Source: Candidatus Micrarchaeota archaeon
GTDB taxonomy: Archaea > Micrarchaeota > Micrarchaeia > Micrarchaeales > CABMGC01
DNA length: 40,143 bases
Direction of reading: 5' to 3'
NCBI GenBank assembly: GCA_027319905.1
Contig: DAHVMJ010000006.1
Coordinates: 1 to 40,143 of the forward strand
Shown here: positions 9,071 to 19,073 of the stretch, piece by piece
Layout: every line of letters begins with the position of its first letter
Numbering within the stretch: the first letter of the stretch is position 1
Notes under the pieces: generated by a model
What the model was told of the DNA's origin: nothing
The model's input: only the letters and a program-made list of their open reading frames with translations
Database searches by the model: none
Program-made: the position numbers and the translations under genes

Positions 9071-9853
9071 ATGATCCTCGTGGACTACTCGAAGAAAAGG
9101 CTGATAATAGCCGACATGGATGGCACTCTGACAGAGAGCAAGGCGCCGATGGACGAGGAGATGAGCTCCCTGCTTGACCAGCTGCTTCTGCAGAGGGAGT
9201 TCGCGGTCATAGGAGGCGGCAAGTACAAGCAGTTTCAAGATCAGTTCGTAGCAAAGCTTATCTTTAATCCATCCAGTCTGCCGCACCTTTACCTCTTCCC
9301 TACCTGCGGCTCCACCTTCTACAGGTTCAGCGATGGGGGCGGGGAGTGGACGCAGGTGTATGCTGAAAACCTGACCGAAGACAACAAGAAGAAGATAGGC
9401 GAAGCGTTTGAGCGCGCGCTCGCGGAATGGGGCTACGAGAAACCAGAGAAAACATACGGCCAGATAATAGAAGACCGCGGCACGCAGGTGACCTTCTCGG
9501 CGCTGGGCCAGGAGGCGCCGATCGAGTTCAAGACTGCATGGGACCCCGACCAAAGGAAGAGGCTCGGGATAAAAGCAATCATGGGAAAGTATATCCCCGA
9601 GTTCGAAATAAGGGTAGGCGGCACCACATCAATAGACGTGACCAGAAAGGGGATAGATAAGGCATACGGGATAGGCAAGATGAGACAGCACCTCGGCTAC
9701 TCCACAGGCCAGATGCTCTTCATGGGCGATGCGCTTTTCGAAGGAGGCAACGATGCCCCTGCAAAAACAACCGGGGTTGATTGCCTGCAGGTGAGCGGAC
9801 CCTCTGACACGAAGAAAATACTCCGCGAGATAATCGGTAGCAAACCAGCATAG
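9071..9853 (+). CDS. HAD-IIB phosphomannomutase (eukaryotic PMM-type)
   Basis: 'DMDGTLT', 'IEDRGTQVTFS', 'GGTTSIDV', 'DKAY', 'FMGDALFEGGND'. Confidence 0.9.
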   Translation: MILVDYSKKRLIIADMDGTLTESKAPMDEEMSSLLDQLLLQREFAVIGGGKYKQFQDQFVAKLIFNPSSLPHLYLFPTCGSTFYRFSDGGGEWTQVYAENLTEDNKKKIGEAFERALAEWGYEKPEKTYGQIIEDRGTQVTFSALGQEAPIEFKTAWDPDQRKRLGIKAIMGKYIPEFEIRVGGTTSIDVTRKGIDKAYGIGKMRQHLGYSTGQMLFMGDALFEGGNDAPAKTTGVDCLQVSGPSDTKKILREIIGSKPA

Positions 9854-9934
9854 ATATGTTTTATATATTCTTACGAACAAAGAACAACCAAGCAACACGC
9901 CCAGAATAAATAATTCTTGTTTGCTGGTGAAACG

Positions 9935-10249
9935 ATGGCTGAACAAATTGAAGAGATGGGGGAGAAAAGGGAAAGCAACATACCGGAGAATGTGGTGTAC
10001 ATAGGGAAGAAGCCCGCAATGAACTATGTGCTCGCAGTCGTGACGCAGTTCAACAACGGCGCCAAGAGCGTAAAGATAAGAGCAAGGGGAAACACCATCT
10101 CCAGGGCCGTCGACGTAGCCGAGATAGCAAGGAACAGGTTCATTCAGGACGCGAAGGTTGGCAGCATAGCCATCAATTCCGAGGAGCTGCAGAACGAGGA
10201 CGGCACGAAATCCAAGGTAAGCACGATAGAGATACTTCTGGCCAAGTAA
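9935..10249 (+). CDS. albA: DNA/RNA-binding chromatin protein Alba
   Basis: '[20 protein letters not shown]', '[15 protein letters not shown]', 'VSTIEILL'; SD-like GGTGA before ATG 9935. Confidence 0.97.
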   Translation: MAEQIEEMGEKRESNIPENVVYIGKKPAMNYVLAVVTQFNNGAKSVKIRARGNTISRAVDVAEIARNRFIQDAKVGSIAINSEELQNEDGTKSKVSTIEILLAK

Positions 10250-10361
10250 CCGACCAGATGCGTCTTTTCCTGCAGCCGCACTCGCTCCATTCGGAATACA
10301 ATTATAAGTCTGTAATGCGAAAGCAGCATTGATTTGGGAGCGGGGGCTCCTGGAGTTTTCA

Positions 10362-11036
10362 ATGGCAGCGTTTACTCTTCTGGAAGAGAGCAGGGCAAAG
10401 CGCGCAGTGGAACTTCTGGCCAACGAGTACAAGGATGCGAAGTACTACCTCAGCTTCAGCACTCCGGTTGAGTTACTCGTCGCAGCCATTCTGTCTGCAC
10501 AGACTCGTGATGAAGTAGTCAATGCGGTCACCCCAGAGCTGTTCAAACGATACAAGACCGCAAGGGATTTCGCCCACGCTGGCGAACAGGATCTGGTAAA
10601 ATACGTGCGCAGGGTGAGCTTTGCCGGAAACAAGGCCAAGAACATAATAAACGCATGCAAAATCCTCATGGATAGATACGGAGGCGAGGTGCCAAAGAGG
10701 ATGGAAGAGCTGGTCGAGCTGCCAGGGATAGGCAGAAAGACGGCGAACACGATACTCATAAACGCGTACGGCATAGTGGAGGGCATACCTGTAGATACAT
10801 GGGTCATCAAGCTCTCGGGAAGGATAGGACTGAGCAATAGCGCAGATCCTGACAAGATAGAGCAGGATCTCGAAAGGGTCGCGGACCGCAAGCTCTGGAA
10901 GAACTTCGCGTACGTGCTCAAGACGCACGGCAAGAAGGTATGCCAGTCGCGGGTCCCGGTCTGCAGCCAGTGTCTCATAGGGCCGAACAGCAAGAACAGG
11001 ATATGCCCCCAGAACGGGGTAAAGACAAGCAAGTGA
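10362..11036 (+). CDS. nth: Endonuclease III (HhH-GPD DNA glycosylase/AP lyase)
   Basis: 'LLVAAILSAQT', HhH 'LPGIGRKTAN', 'PVDT', Fe-S 'CQSRVPVCSQC...C'. Confidence 0.95.
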   Translation: MAAFTLLEESRAKRAVELLANEYKDAKYYLSFSTPVELLVAAILSAQTRDEVVNAVTPELFKRYKTARDFAHAGEQDLVKYVRRVSFAGNKAKNIINACKILMDRYGGEVPKRMEELVELPGIGRKTANTILINAYGIVEGIPVDTWVIKLSGRIGLSNSADPDKIEQDLERVADRKLWKNFAYVLKTHGKKVCQSRVPVCSQCLIGPNSKNRICPQNGVKTSK

Positions 11037-11040
11037 TGCC

Positions 11041-12336
11041 TTGGAGTTCATCTCTGAATTGCACACTCATTCAAGATACGCGGGCGCATGCAGCGAGAAA
11101 CTGACGCTGCAGAACATGGATGCTACGGCACGCACCAAGGGGATAGGCATAATGGGCACGGCCGACTTCTCTCATCCAGAGTGGTTCAAGGAGATAAAGA
11201 AGAACATGGTGCCGCAGGGCAACGGCCTCTTCAGGCTCTCCGGATCGAACACTGGAGTGAACTTCATACTGAGCAACGAGGTCTGCACCATCTACCCCAA
11301 GGTGAAGGGCGGAACCGCCAGTGTTTTCGACCGAACGGGGAACGTCGCCAAGATACACCACGGGATACTTGTTCCCGACATGGAAACAGCGGAGCAGATA
11401 AGCGACTCTCTCGCAAAATTCGGCAATCTGTCAATCGACGGCAGGCCGCAGCTCAACATGAGCGCCGCGGAGCTGGTAGAGATTGTCCATGGCATAAACC
11501 CCAGGAACTTCGTGTTTCCTGCGCACAGCTGGACGCCGTGGTTCGGCGTCTTCGGGTCCATGGGAGGCTTCAACTCCGTGGAGGAAGCATACGGGGACCA
11601 GGCAAAGCACATCTACGCGCTGGAAACCGGCCTATCAGCGGACCCGGCGATGTTCTGGCGGCTCTCAAAGCTAGACAGGTACGCGATAATATCAAGCGGC
11701 GACGCGCACTCTCTGCCTAAACTTGGAAGAGAAGCTACTGTCTTCGAGTTCGATGAAGATAAGCTTTCCTACGATGCCGTCATAGGCGCGATGAAAAACA
11801 AGCAGGTAAAGTACACGATAGAGTTCTATCCTGAGGAGGGCAAGTATCACTACGACGGCCACAGGAAGTGCAACGTCTCGCTCAGCCCCGAAGAATCCGC
11901 CAAGTATAACAACATCTGCCCCGTATGCAGGAAGAAGCTCACGCTAGGCGTGCTGCACAGGGTCAACGATCTCGCAGACAGGGAGGAAGGGTACAAACCC
12001 AAGAACGCGGTTCCGTTCGTGCACGCTATACCGCTCAACGAAATAATAGCGTTCGTGAGCGGGAAGGGCGTCTACACGCAATACGTTTACGCGACGTACT
12101 CCAAGGTCGTGGAGAGGTTCGGCACGGAGATGAACGTGTTGCTGAACGCTGACATCGGCAGCATAAGCGAGGTCGATGCAAAGCTAGCGGAAGCCATAAA
12201 GAACATAAGAAAGGACATGGTCAGCATCAAGCCAGGCTATGACGGTGTCTTCGGCACGGTAGACGTGCTGAGCACCAAGGGGTCTGCAAAAGCAGCATCA
12301 AGGTACGGACAAAAAACAATAAGCGGGTTTGAATGA
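11041..12336 (+). CDS. endoQ: Endonuclease Q family (PHP domain with Zn-binding CxxC)
   Basis: 'LHTHSRY', 'DGRP', 'PAHSWTPW', 'ETGLSAD', 'DAHS..KLGRE', 'GKYHYDGHRKC', 'CPVC...GVLHRV', 'PGYDG.FG'. Confidence 0.9.
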   Translation: MEFISELHTHSRYAGACSEKLTLQNMDATARTKGIGIMGTADFSHPEWFKEIKKNMVPQGNGLFRLSGSNTGVNFILSNEVCTIYPKVKGGTASVFDRTGNVAKIHHGILVPDMETAEQISDSLAKFGNLSIDGRPQLNMSAAELVEIVHGINPRNFVFPAHSWTPWFGVFGSMGGFNSVEEAYGDQAKHIYALETGLSADPAMFWRLSKLDRYAIISSGDAHSLPKLGREATVFEFDEDKLSYDAVIGAMKNKQVKYTIEFYPEEGKYHYDGHRKCNVSLSPEESAKYNNICPVCRKKLTLGVLHRVNDLADREEGYKPKNAVPFVHAIPLNEIIAFVSGKGVYTQYVYATYSKVVERFGTEMNVLLNADIGSISEVDAKLAEAIKNIRKDMVSIKPGYDGVFGTVDVLSTKGSAKAASRYGQKTISGFE

Positions 12337-12362
12337 AGCAAGATCTGTCATCTCCGCTTCTC

Positions 12363-14018
12363 TTAGGGTATGTAATAAAGAGCAACTTTATTGTAGTTCT
12401 TCTGGTCAAAGATTTGGGAATAATTGCCCGGCATCTGCGGTCTGAGTACAAGCTGCCATTGCGGGCAGTTCTGAGTAGGATTGGAGCTGTAATTCATGTG
12501 TAGCGTCGCTCCTCCAGACAACTGTCATATCACATACGAATTATTCAGCAGCTCGTGGCAGTTGCTTAGGTCACCGTACTGCAGGAATCTGGTCAGGTTC
12601 TCATACCCCATGTACTCTACAACAGCGTTGGAGATCGCAGAATAATAGATTCGGGTGGAATTGGGCAGTGCCATCAGGTAATTGGATACGGACAGGAGGC
12701 CATACCTCTCATTCGCAAGAAGCTCAAAAGACCACTGCGCGGTTTGCAAACCAGTCAGGAGCAAGAACAGGAACAAGACGGCCAAAAAAGGGTAAACGAG
12801 TTGCCTCGCACTTGCCTTTGCACTATTCCAAGCCCGTGCCAATGCGATTGAGACCGTTATCGCCACGGCTGGCATGATCGGAAGGAGGTACCTGTCCAGT
12901 TTACCGACCATGTAATATGAAAACGGTGACAGTACGATGTGTTGCGGGCCAAATTCCAGGTACAGAAAACCGATCGCGAACCAGAACATTGTGAAATAAG
13001 CTCTCCGTTCACGCGTGAGCACCAGATAAGCCGCAGCAGCCACAAAAAAGTAGAAAATGAAACCCGCGTGATTGCTGGAGTTCAAGACATAAACCCTCTG
13101 CCACATCGCTATTGGATTAAAAACGCCAGCTCTCAGATCCTGCCAGATAATGCCTATCAGGGAGTACGGAAACATGAGAGCAGGGTAATACCCCAAATTC
13201 TGATTGAAGGCGTTGGCCAGCGGCGCGTTAGGCCCTATGGGGCTGTAATAACCGTTGTTTCCAAGCGTGTAGGAAAGTGTGACGAATGGATCATGGGGTG
13301 TGGTTGTAAGATAATTCAATACGCAGCTAAGTGCGAACATCAGCAAAAGCCCGTAGAGTACGTACATCGACCTCCTTATGGTCATGCGCTTCCTTGCAGT
13401 CTCAACCACAAGATAGGCAAATGCAATGATGCCGACGAGGCCGCCTTCGGGAGTGGTCAAAGCAGCTGCGTAGATCGTCATGCCACAGGCGAAATACCAT
13501 TTCCTAGAATTCCTTCTAGTACCATACAGCAGCGACAGCATGGCGAGCGATGTGAACATCATCATGGGCACGTCAGAGGAAACTGTCGTCGAGTGTATCA
13601 AGACCAGAGGAGAAAAGGAGAGCAATGTGGCAGCAAGCAATCCGGCATACTCGTTGTAAAGCTCCTTTGCTATAAAGAAGGTCGTGACAACGGTCAGCAA
13701 AAATGAAACGAGCCCCCACATCGCAGAGGAAAGCAGACCCACGCCCATAATCACGAAAAAGAACGCGATAGGCAGCACAGTCAGTACTCTCAGCGCCATG
13801 GCGTTTCCCTCCTGAACGAAGCTGCCCTGTCTGGCGCCGTAGGCAAGTTCGGCGTAGGCTAGGTCATCTCCGTAATAGGCAGGCCCGGAGACGTATATTA
13901 TGGAAAATGCGAAGTCGTAGAGTACTAGGGCTAAAAGAAGAAAATATCCGATCCTCCTCGGACTCATTTCTAAGTGGCTCCCCTCTCTGCCCATCAAACT
14001 TTCTGTGCTATTAAGCAT
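12363..14018 (-). CDS. GT-C fold glycosyltransferase (GT39/ArnT/PMT-like); reading frame interrupted by in-frame TGA at 12525-12527
   Basis: 'YYGDDLAY' acidic motif after TM1, many TMs, 'DRYLLP'; frame continues 53 codons past the TGA to TAA 12363-12365. Confidence 0.82.
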
Positions 14019-14106
14019 ATTTAAATATGAAGCATGGGTCAGGTGTTCTTAGAGGTTACAGGTTCTTGTCAAAATCAATTTAAATATTAGCCTCAAAAGT
14101 AATCTA

Positions 14107-15879
14107 ATGCCTGATTTTAGAGCAGCACTACTAGTGCTGCTTTTCTCTCTGCTCTCTGTTAGCGCAAACGCGTACGTGACCACGATACATGCGCCTGCGG
14201 TCCTCACCAACGAAAACATCGGAAACCTGACTGTTTTCCAGCTGAACGTGACCCCCGGAAATGGCGCTGTCACGGTTGGCGGCCCCGCGTCGGTGGACGC
14301 TGACACGCTTGCCTCTGCGCAGACAGCCGCAACCTATGCCTCATCGTTCCTCAATCTTAATGAGAAGGACTACAACTTCAACTATACGATAGAGGACAAG
14401 AACATGAGCGTCTCGGGGCCAAGCGGTGGCCTTGCTTTCACGCTACTTGCTGTCGCCGCATTGCAGCACAGGCAGCTGGCGCAGAACTTCACGGTCACAG
14501 GTACCATAGAGGGCAACGGGTCCGTGGGCCTCATAGGGGGTGTCACTGACAAGGCGCAGGCGGCCAGCGCCGGCGGGATGAAGTTCATACTCGTCCCATA
14601 CGCTCCGATGTCATCTTTCGAATATCTGCTCTACTATATCTCGCAGCAGCGCAGCGGTCTGCCCATGGCGATGGCCACCAACGTCTCACAGGCGTTGCAG
14701 TACGCGTTCTCAGGCCAGACGCCCCAGCTTCTCAGTATAAACCTTACCCAGAAGTACAACATCAGCGCCGCTGGGACATCTAATATAACATGCACAAATT
14801 GCAACACGAGCGCGTTCGACCAGCTGGTCAACCTGACGCTCAACTTCACCTCATCAACCATATCATCCATAGGCAGCAACTTCAGCCTGGCGAAGCAGCA
14901 GCTTGCTGGTAACATAAATGACTACGGCACGCTGGCAGCACATGGTTACCTATACACAGCCGCAGACCTCTCTTTCCTGAACTTCATAACCGCGTACACG
15001 CTTGCAAATGTTCAGAACTACACGCCTACAGGAGCGTCAGGCCTGCTATCAAACGTCTCCTCCTTCTGCTCCTCGCTCACGCCTCCTCCGCTTACAAACC
15101 AGAACTACGAGTTCGTGTTTGGCGGCAGGCTTAGGCAGTACTGGGCCAACTACACGCTCACAAGCGCACGCCAGACGCTCAGCTCGGAGCAGAGCACCGA
15201 CGATATAGTGCAAAGCATATATACAGCCGCATCGGCTATGGGGTGGTGCGAAGCATCCTCGCAGCTCTACAACACGGCGGCGAGCATGGGTGGAGCCTAC
15301 GTGCAAACATCCGCGAGCCTGAGGAACAGCGCGGCGAGCGCGATAAACAGGGCGAGAGCAGTTTCCAGCGGCATGTACCTGCAGACAGCCGTGCAGGCGT
15401 ACAACGACGGCGACTACGCGACGGCGCTGTACTCGGCGACATACGCAAATACTTTCTCGCAGCAGGCCCCGAACGTCAGCGCATCGCAGCTCTATCCTGA
15501 GATCCTTGCAAACATAGCAAACGCCACTACCGGCACATGGCCGTCGCAGTTTGCGGCGCAGTCCGAGTTCTACTTCAGGCAGTCGCTCGTGTCAAGCGGC
15601 GCTAACGTAACCGCGGACGCGCAAGAGGCCTACAGCACCTCGCTTCTTGCGGCAAACCTGGCTGCCGACAACAAGATCATAAACGCCTCCTTTGTAGCGT
15701 CCAGTCAGGCCTCGGGACTTTCGCAGCAGGCAGAGCAGCAGATAACCAACATAGAGCAGAGCATAACGCAGATATACGCGCTGCTCCTCGTGAACGCGGT
15801 GCTCCTTTTCATAGTGCTTGTCGTGCTCCTGGTGCATATGCTTCCCCGAGGCAAGCGGGCATCTCTCAGGAAGAGGTAG
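14107..15879 (+). CDS. Secreted, membrane-anchored S16 (Lon proteolytic domain) serine protease without ATPase domain
   Basis: Signal peptide, 'VSGPSGG' catalytic Ser, 'TGTI...VGLIGGV.DK' catalytic Lys, C-terminal TM. Confidence 0.9.
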   Translation: MPDFRAALLVLLFSLLSVSANAYVTTIHAPAVLTNENIGNLTVFQLNVTPGNGAVTVGGPASVDADTLASAQTAATYASSFLNLNEKDYNFNYTIEDKNMSVSGPSGGLAFTLLAVAALQHRQLAQNFTVTGTIEGNGSVGLIGGVTDKAQAASAGGMKFILVPYAPMSSFEYLLYYISQQRSGLPMAMATNVSQALQYAFSGQTPQLLSINLTQKYNISAAGTSNITCTNCNTSAFDQLVNLTLNFTSSTISSIGSNFSLAKQQLAGNINDYGTLAAHGYLYTAADLSFLNFITAYTLANVQNYTPTGASGLLSNVSSFCSSLTPPPLTNQNYEFVFGGRLRQYWANYTLTSARQTLSSEQSTDDIVQSIYTAASAMGWCEASSQLYNTAASMGGAYVQTSASLRNSAASAINRARAVSSGMYLQTAVQAYNDGDYATALYSATYANTFSQQAPNVSASQLYPEILANIANATTGTWPSQFAAQSEFYFRQSLVSSGANVTADAQEAYSTSLLAANLAADNKIINASFVASSQASGLSQQAEQQITNIEQSITQIYALLLVNAVLLFIVLVVLLVHMLPRGKRASLRKR

Positions 15880-15883
15880 TTGG

Positions 15884-16336
15884 TTGAAGGCTGACGTCTT
15901 CTGCACTCCCCAGATCTACGAGAACGCTTTCTTCGAGACGGACCAGTTCCTCGCCGTGTATAATGCAAGGCCCATAATCCGCGGCCACTCGCTCATAATT
16001 CCGAAGAGGCACGTGACCCGTATCACAGAGCTCTCGGCCGAGGAGCTTGCTGAGTTCAGGAAGATGCTCGAGTTGCTGCTTCCAAAACTGCTAAAGGCTT
16101 TCGACGCCGACTCGTACAACCTCTCCATAAACGCGGGCGAGCATGCGGGGATGGTGATAAACCATCTGCACGTACACGTGATCCCCAGAGGCGCAGGCGA
16201 CCCGATGCAGGGCAAGCTGCTCGAGTTCTGCCAGGCACTCAACAACGATCGCGGCAGATACATAAAAGGGGTTAATGAGGAGGTGGCAAGACTCCGCAGA
16301 ATCTTCAAATATACACGATCGCAGACAAGATTATAG
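15884..16336 (+). CDS. HIT family nucleotide hydrolase
   Basis: Histidine triad 'HLHVH', 'GHSLIIPKRH'; TTG 15884 just after the upstream stop. Confidence 0.92.
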   Translation: MKADVFCTPQIYENAFFETDQFLAVYNARPIIRGHSLIIPKRHVTRITELSAEELAEFRKMLELLLPKLLKAFDADSYNLSINAGEHAGMVINHLHVHVIPRGAGDPMQGKLLEFCQALNNDRGRYIKGVNEEVARLRRIFKYTRSQTRL

Positions 16337-17174
16337 CTATGAGCGCAATGCCCATAGAGAAGAGCGAAAGATTCCTCGTTTTCTCGTAGAATCTCTGTTT
16401 TGCTACCGCGATGTATCCTACGCCAACGTAGAGCAGGATCAAGTCGCTTACTAGTATGATTGCGCCGTAGACGAGATTGAACTCGAATGGCTTGATGTAG
16501 AGGAAAAGGTAGATGCTTACGGTTATCGCTGCGATGTACAGGACAAGAGCCACCACCGAGGAACCCTGCATGCCAAGCGCGCGAGGGAGCGTCTTCGCCT
16601 TTCTCACCTTCGTGTCGCCTCCGTAGTCCCTCACCGTTCCATGTATCTCTCGCGCCAGCCCGCTCAGGAACACCATCGCGCAGATGAGGGCCACGTTCAG
16701 GGCTATGGCGCTGCTCACCACGTAGTCGCCGAATACGAATGGTATGACCATGGTAAGTGCTATGTAGATGTTGCCGAGCAGGAAAGTCTCTTTCAGCTTG
16801 TAGCTGTAGAAGAATGCCAGCGCGGCAAAAACCACAGCTATCACCAGCGCGTACTCATTTATAAGCGCGCTCGCCACTATTCCTATCGCAAAGCAAACCC
16901 CTGATGTATATGCCGCATCTATGGGCTTAAGCTCCCCAGTAACCAGCGGCCTGTTCTTGGCGTTGAGCCTGTCCACGTCTATGTCGTAGTAGTCATTGAT
17001 CGCAAAAGAGGCCATGCTGATTAAGGTGGGCGCTACTATGCTCAAAAATAACGGAACCGCAGAGGGAAGCCCTCCGGCCAGCAGCTCCGCCGCAAGCACA
17101 GCTATGATCAGCATTATGCTGTGCTCTATTCGGGTAAGCCTTAGTACCGCTACAAGCTTCCCCACGTGCATCAT
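16305..17174 (-). CDS. UbiA-family prenyltransferase, DGGGP (digeranylgeranylglyceryl phosphate) synthase-like
   Basis: 'INDYYDIDVDRLN..NRPL..G', 'YSYKLK', 'AREI...RDY.GD', 'TLP'. Confidence 0.88.
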   Translation of the reverse strand: MMHVGKLVAVLRLTRIEHSIMLIIAVLAAELLAGGLPSAVPLFLSIVAPTLISMASFAINDYYDIDVDRLNAKNRPLVTGELKPIDAAYTSGVCFAIGIVASALINEYALVIAVVFAALAFFYSYKLKETFLLGNIYIALTMVIPFVFGDYVVSSAIALNVALICAMVFLSGLAREIHGTVRDYGGDTKVRKAKTLPRALGMQGSSVVALVLYIAAITVSIYLFLYIKPFEFNLVYGAIILVSDLILLYVGVGYIAVAKQRFYEKTRNLSLFSMGIALIAIILSAIVYI

Positions 17175-17207
17175 AAGCAAAACAAGCTACCCGCAAGCAT
17201 AACAATA

Positions 17208-18101
17208 TTACGGTGAGGTATAGCCTGAGGTCCACTGGTTCGTATATGTCACACCGGTCGGCACGCCGTTGTTGTTGTTCCCGCTGTAGTCGTTCGCGTT
17301 GCCGTTTAGAGGCCACCATGCCACAAGGTTCTGCAATTTGATGGGTGCGCCGCCTATGCCTTCGAGGTAGATGGCTTGGACCTCATTTGCTGAGAGAGAG
17401 GTGTTGTATAACTGTACGTTAGCTATTTCCCCAATAAAGTCATTTCCATTACAACCACCATTCTCAATGCCCATATTGATTGAATTTGCTACGAAGTAGT
17501 TGCCGTTGTTTGAGGCAATGGCTGAGGCAGCATCCTGTTGGAAGTAATAACTAGGATAGTTTACAGAGCCGGCTATGAAGTACCAAGTCCCTGGAGAAAG
17601 GGCTGTGAACCCCGAACCAGTGTCAGAAGTATCGCACCTGTGAAAACCAACTCCAGGGCCTCCTGCATTAGGCGCCACGGGCCCAAAGCTTTGGTAAGTT
17701 CCACTGCCAGAGTTTTGATCAAAGACGGCTTCCACTCCGAATCCTCCAACAGGCGCATAGGAAGGTATGTTTATCCACATCGAAATGGTGAAGGGGATGT
17801 TGTTTCCTGAAAATGCTGTGGTGGCTTGAACATAAGAACTTGCAAACCCATTTACAGTTGCAACGTACTGCGGCAGTTCGCCGCTGCACACGCCCTCCAG
17901 ATTGATAAACTGTGCCGTATTAGGACCATCGGGCCTGAAGACCTGGCATGTTCCCGGCGGCGCTCTGGGCGCAAATGTTCCTGCGTTGAAGACGCCAAGC
18001 TGAAATAGTGCACCCAGCACGACCGCGATTATGAGAATGGCCCAGCCGTAGGTCATGAGGTACTCCATCGCGCTCTGCGCTTTCCTTCCGCCCCTTGCCA
18101 T
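17208..18101 (-). CDS. Class III signal-peptide pilin-like LamG protein, copy 2
   Basis: Same signal peptide, N-terminal ~70 aa and C-terminal ~65 aa as copy 1; different core. Confidence 0.88.
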   Translation of the reverse strand: MARGGRKAQSAMEYLMTYGWAILIIAVVLGALFQLGVFNAGTFAPRAPPGTCQVFRPDGPNTAQFINLEGVCSGELPQYVATVNGFASSYVQATTAFSGNNIPFTISMWINIPSYAPVGGFGVEAVFDQNSGSGTYQSFGPVAPNAGGPGVGFHRCDTSDTGSGFTALSPGTWYFIAGSVNYPSYYFQQDAASAIASNNGNYFVANSINMGIENGGCNGNDFIGEIANVQLYNTSLSANEVQAIYLEGIGGAPIKLQNLVAWWPLNGNANDYSGNNNNGVPTGVTYTNQWTSGYTSP

Positions 18102-18180
18102 TGCCTCTTTCTAGCCTTCTGTATGAAGGAATAAATGCTTTCCCGTGTAAAAACTTCTGAATAGCTTACTGCGTGTCTAT

Positions 18181-19062
18181 ATGCCTGAAAAGCTCCCGCT
18201 CAATTCGATGCCAGACTACAACCTTTTTGGACTTGAGGGGCAGAGCTATGACAGCGCGAGGGTCGTGGTGCTTCCCGTCCCCTATGACTCCACGGTTACG
18301 TACAAGGCAGGAGCCCGCGAGGGGCCAAACGCGATAATAGACGCGAGCAGGAACATAGAGCTGTACAGCTACGAGATGGCTGCGGATCTGAGCAAGATTG
18401 GCGTGTACACCCTGCCCGCGCTCGCTCCCGACCTCAGCTCTCCGGAGAACATGGTTGCCCGCATAAGGAAAGAGATAGGAATAATACTTGATGACAAGAA
18501 GATCCCGCTCATGCTCGGCGGAGAGCACACAATAACTCTGGGCGCGCTGCAGGCGCTGAAGGAGAGGAAAAAGGAATTGAGCGTAGTGCATTTCGACGCG
18601 CACTCTGATACGCGGCAGGAGCTCTTCGGCGCAAAGTACATGCACGCGACAGTGATGAGCAGGGCGCAAGAGATATATCCAGACATCTTCCAGGTGGGCC
18701 TGAGGAGCGTGGACTCTGACTACGCGAAAAAGATGAACCGTGACAAGACGCTGATGATAGACGATGTGCAGAAGCTCGGCGTGGATGAGGTCGCGAACAC
18801 TATAATCGACTCCACCGGAGAGAACGTCTACCTTACTTTCGATTTTGACGTGCTCGATCCTGCGGAGATGCCGAGCGTCGGCACCCCGGAGCCAAATGGC
18901 ATGAGGTTCTCCGAGGTGGTGGAGATAATGAGAGGCGTAGGTAAGGAAAAGGAGCTGTGCGGTCTTGACTTCGTTGAGCTATGCCCCATACCATACCTGC
19001 ACGCTCCTGACTTCCTTGCTGCAAAGCTAATATACTTGACACTTGGATGTTTTATGCTCTAG
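18181..19062 (+). CDS. speB: Agmatinase (ureohydrolase family)
   Basis: 'GGEH', 'DAHSD', 'TFDFDVLDP..MPSVGTPEP.G'. Confidence 0.94.
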   Translation: MPEKLPLNSMPDYNLFGLEGQSYDSARVVVLPVPYDSTVTYKAGAREGPNAIIDASRNIELYSYEMAADLSKIGVYTLPALAPDLSSPENMVARIRKEIGIILDDKKIPLMLGGEHTITLGALQALKERKKELSVVHFDAHSDTRQELFGAKYMHATVMSRAQEIYPDIFQVGLRSVDSDYAKKMNRDKTLMIDDVQKLGVDEVANTIIDSTGENVYLTFDFDVLDPAEMPSVGTPEPNGMRFSEVVEIMRGVGKEKELCGLDFVELCPIPYLHAPDFLAAKLIYLTLGCFML

Positions 19063-19073
19063 AGTGGATTTCG

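Noticed and set aside
9629..10432. Long antisense and alternative-frame ORFs (for example 9629-10432, 12939-13706, 23413-24111, 27297-27914, 36796-37416)
   Set aside because: They overlap well-supported genes, have no motifs, and are expected shadows of GC-rich codon usage
12525..12527. Selenocysteine or genome-wide UGA recoding
   Set aside because: TGA terminates conserved genes at expected positions (Sec61beta, nth, EndoQ); GT-C enzymes are not known selenoproteins; no SECIS could be supported by eye
14107..15879. ATPase-less Lon protease as a novelty
   Set aside because: Secreted S16 proteases lacking the AAA+ domain are an already known archaeal family
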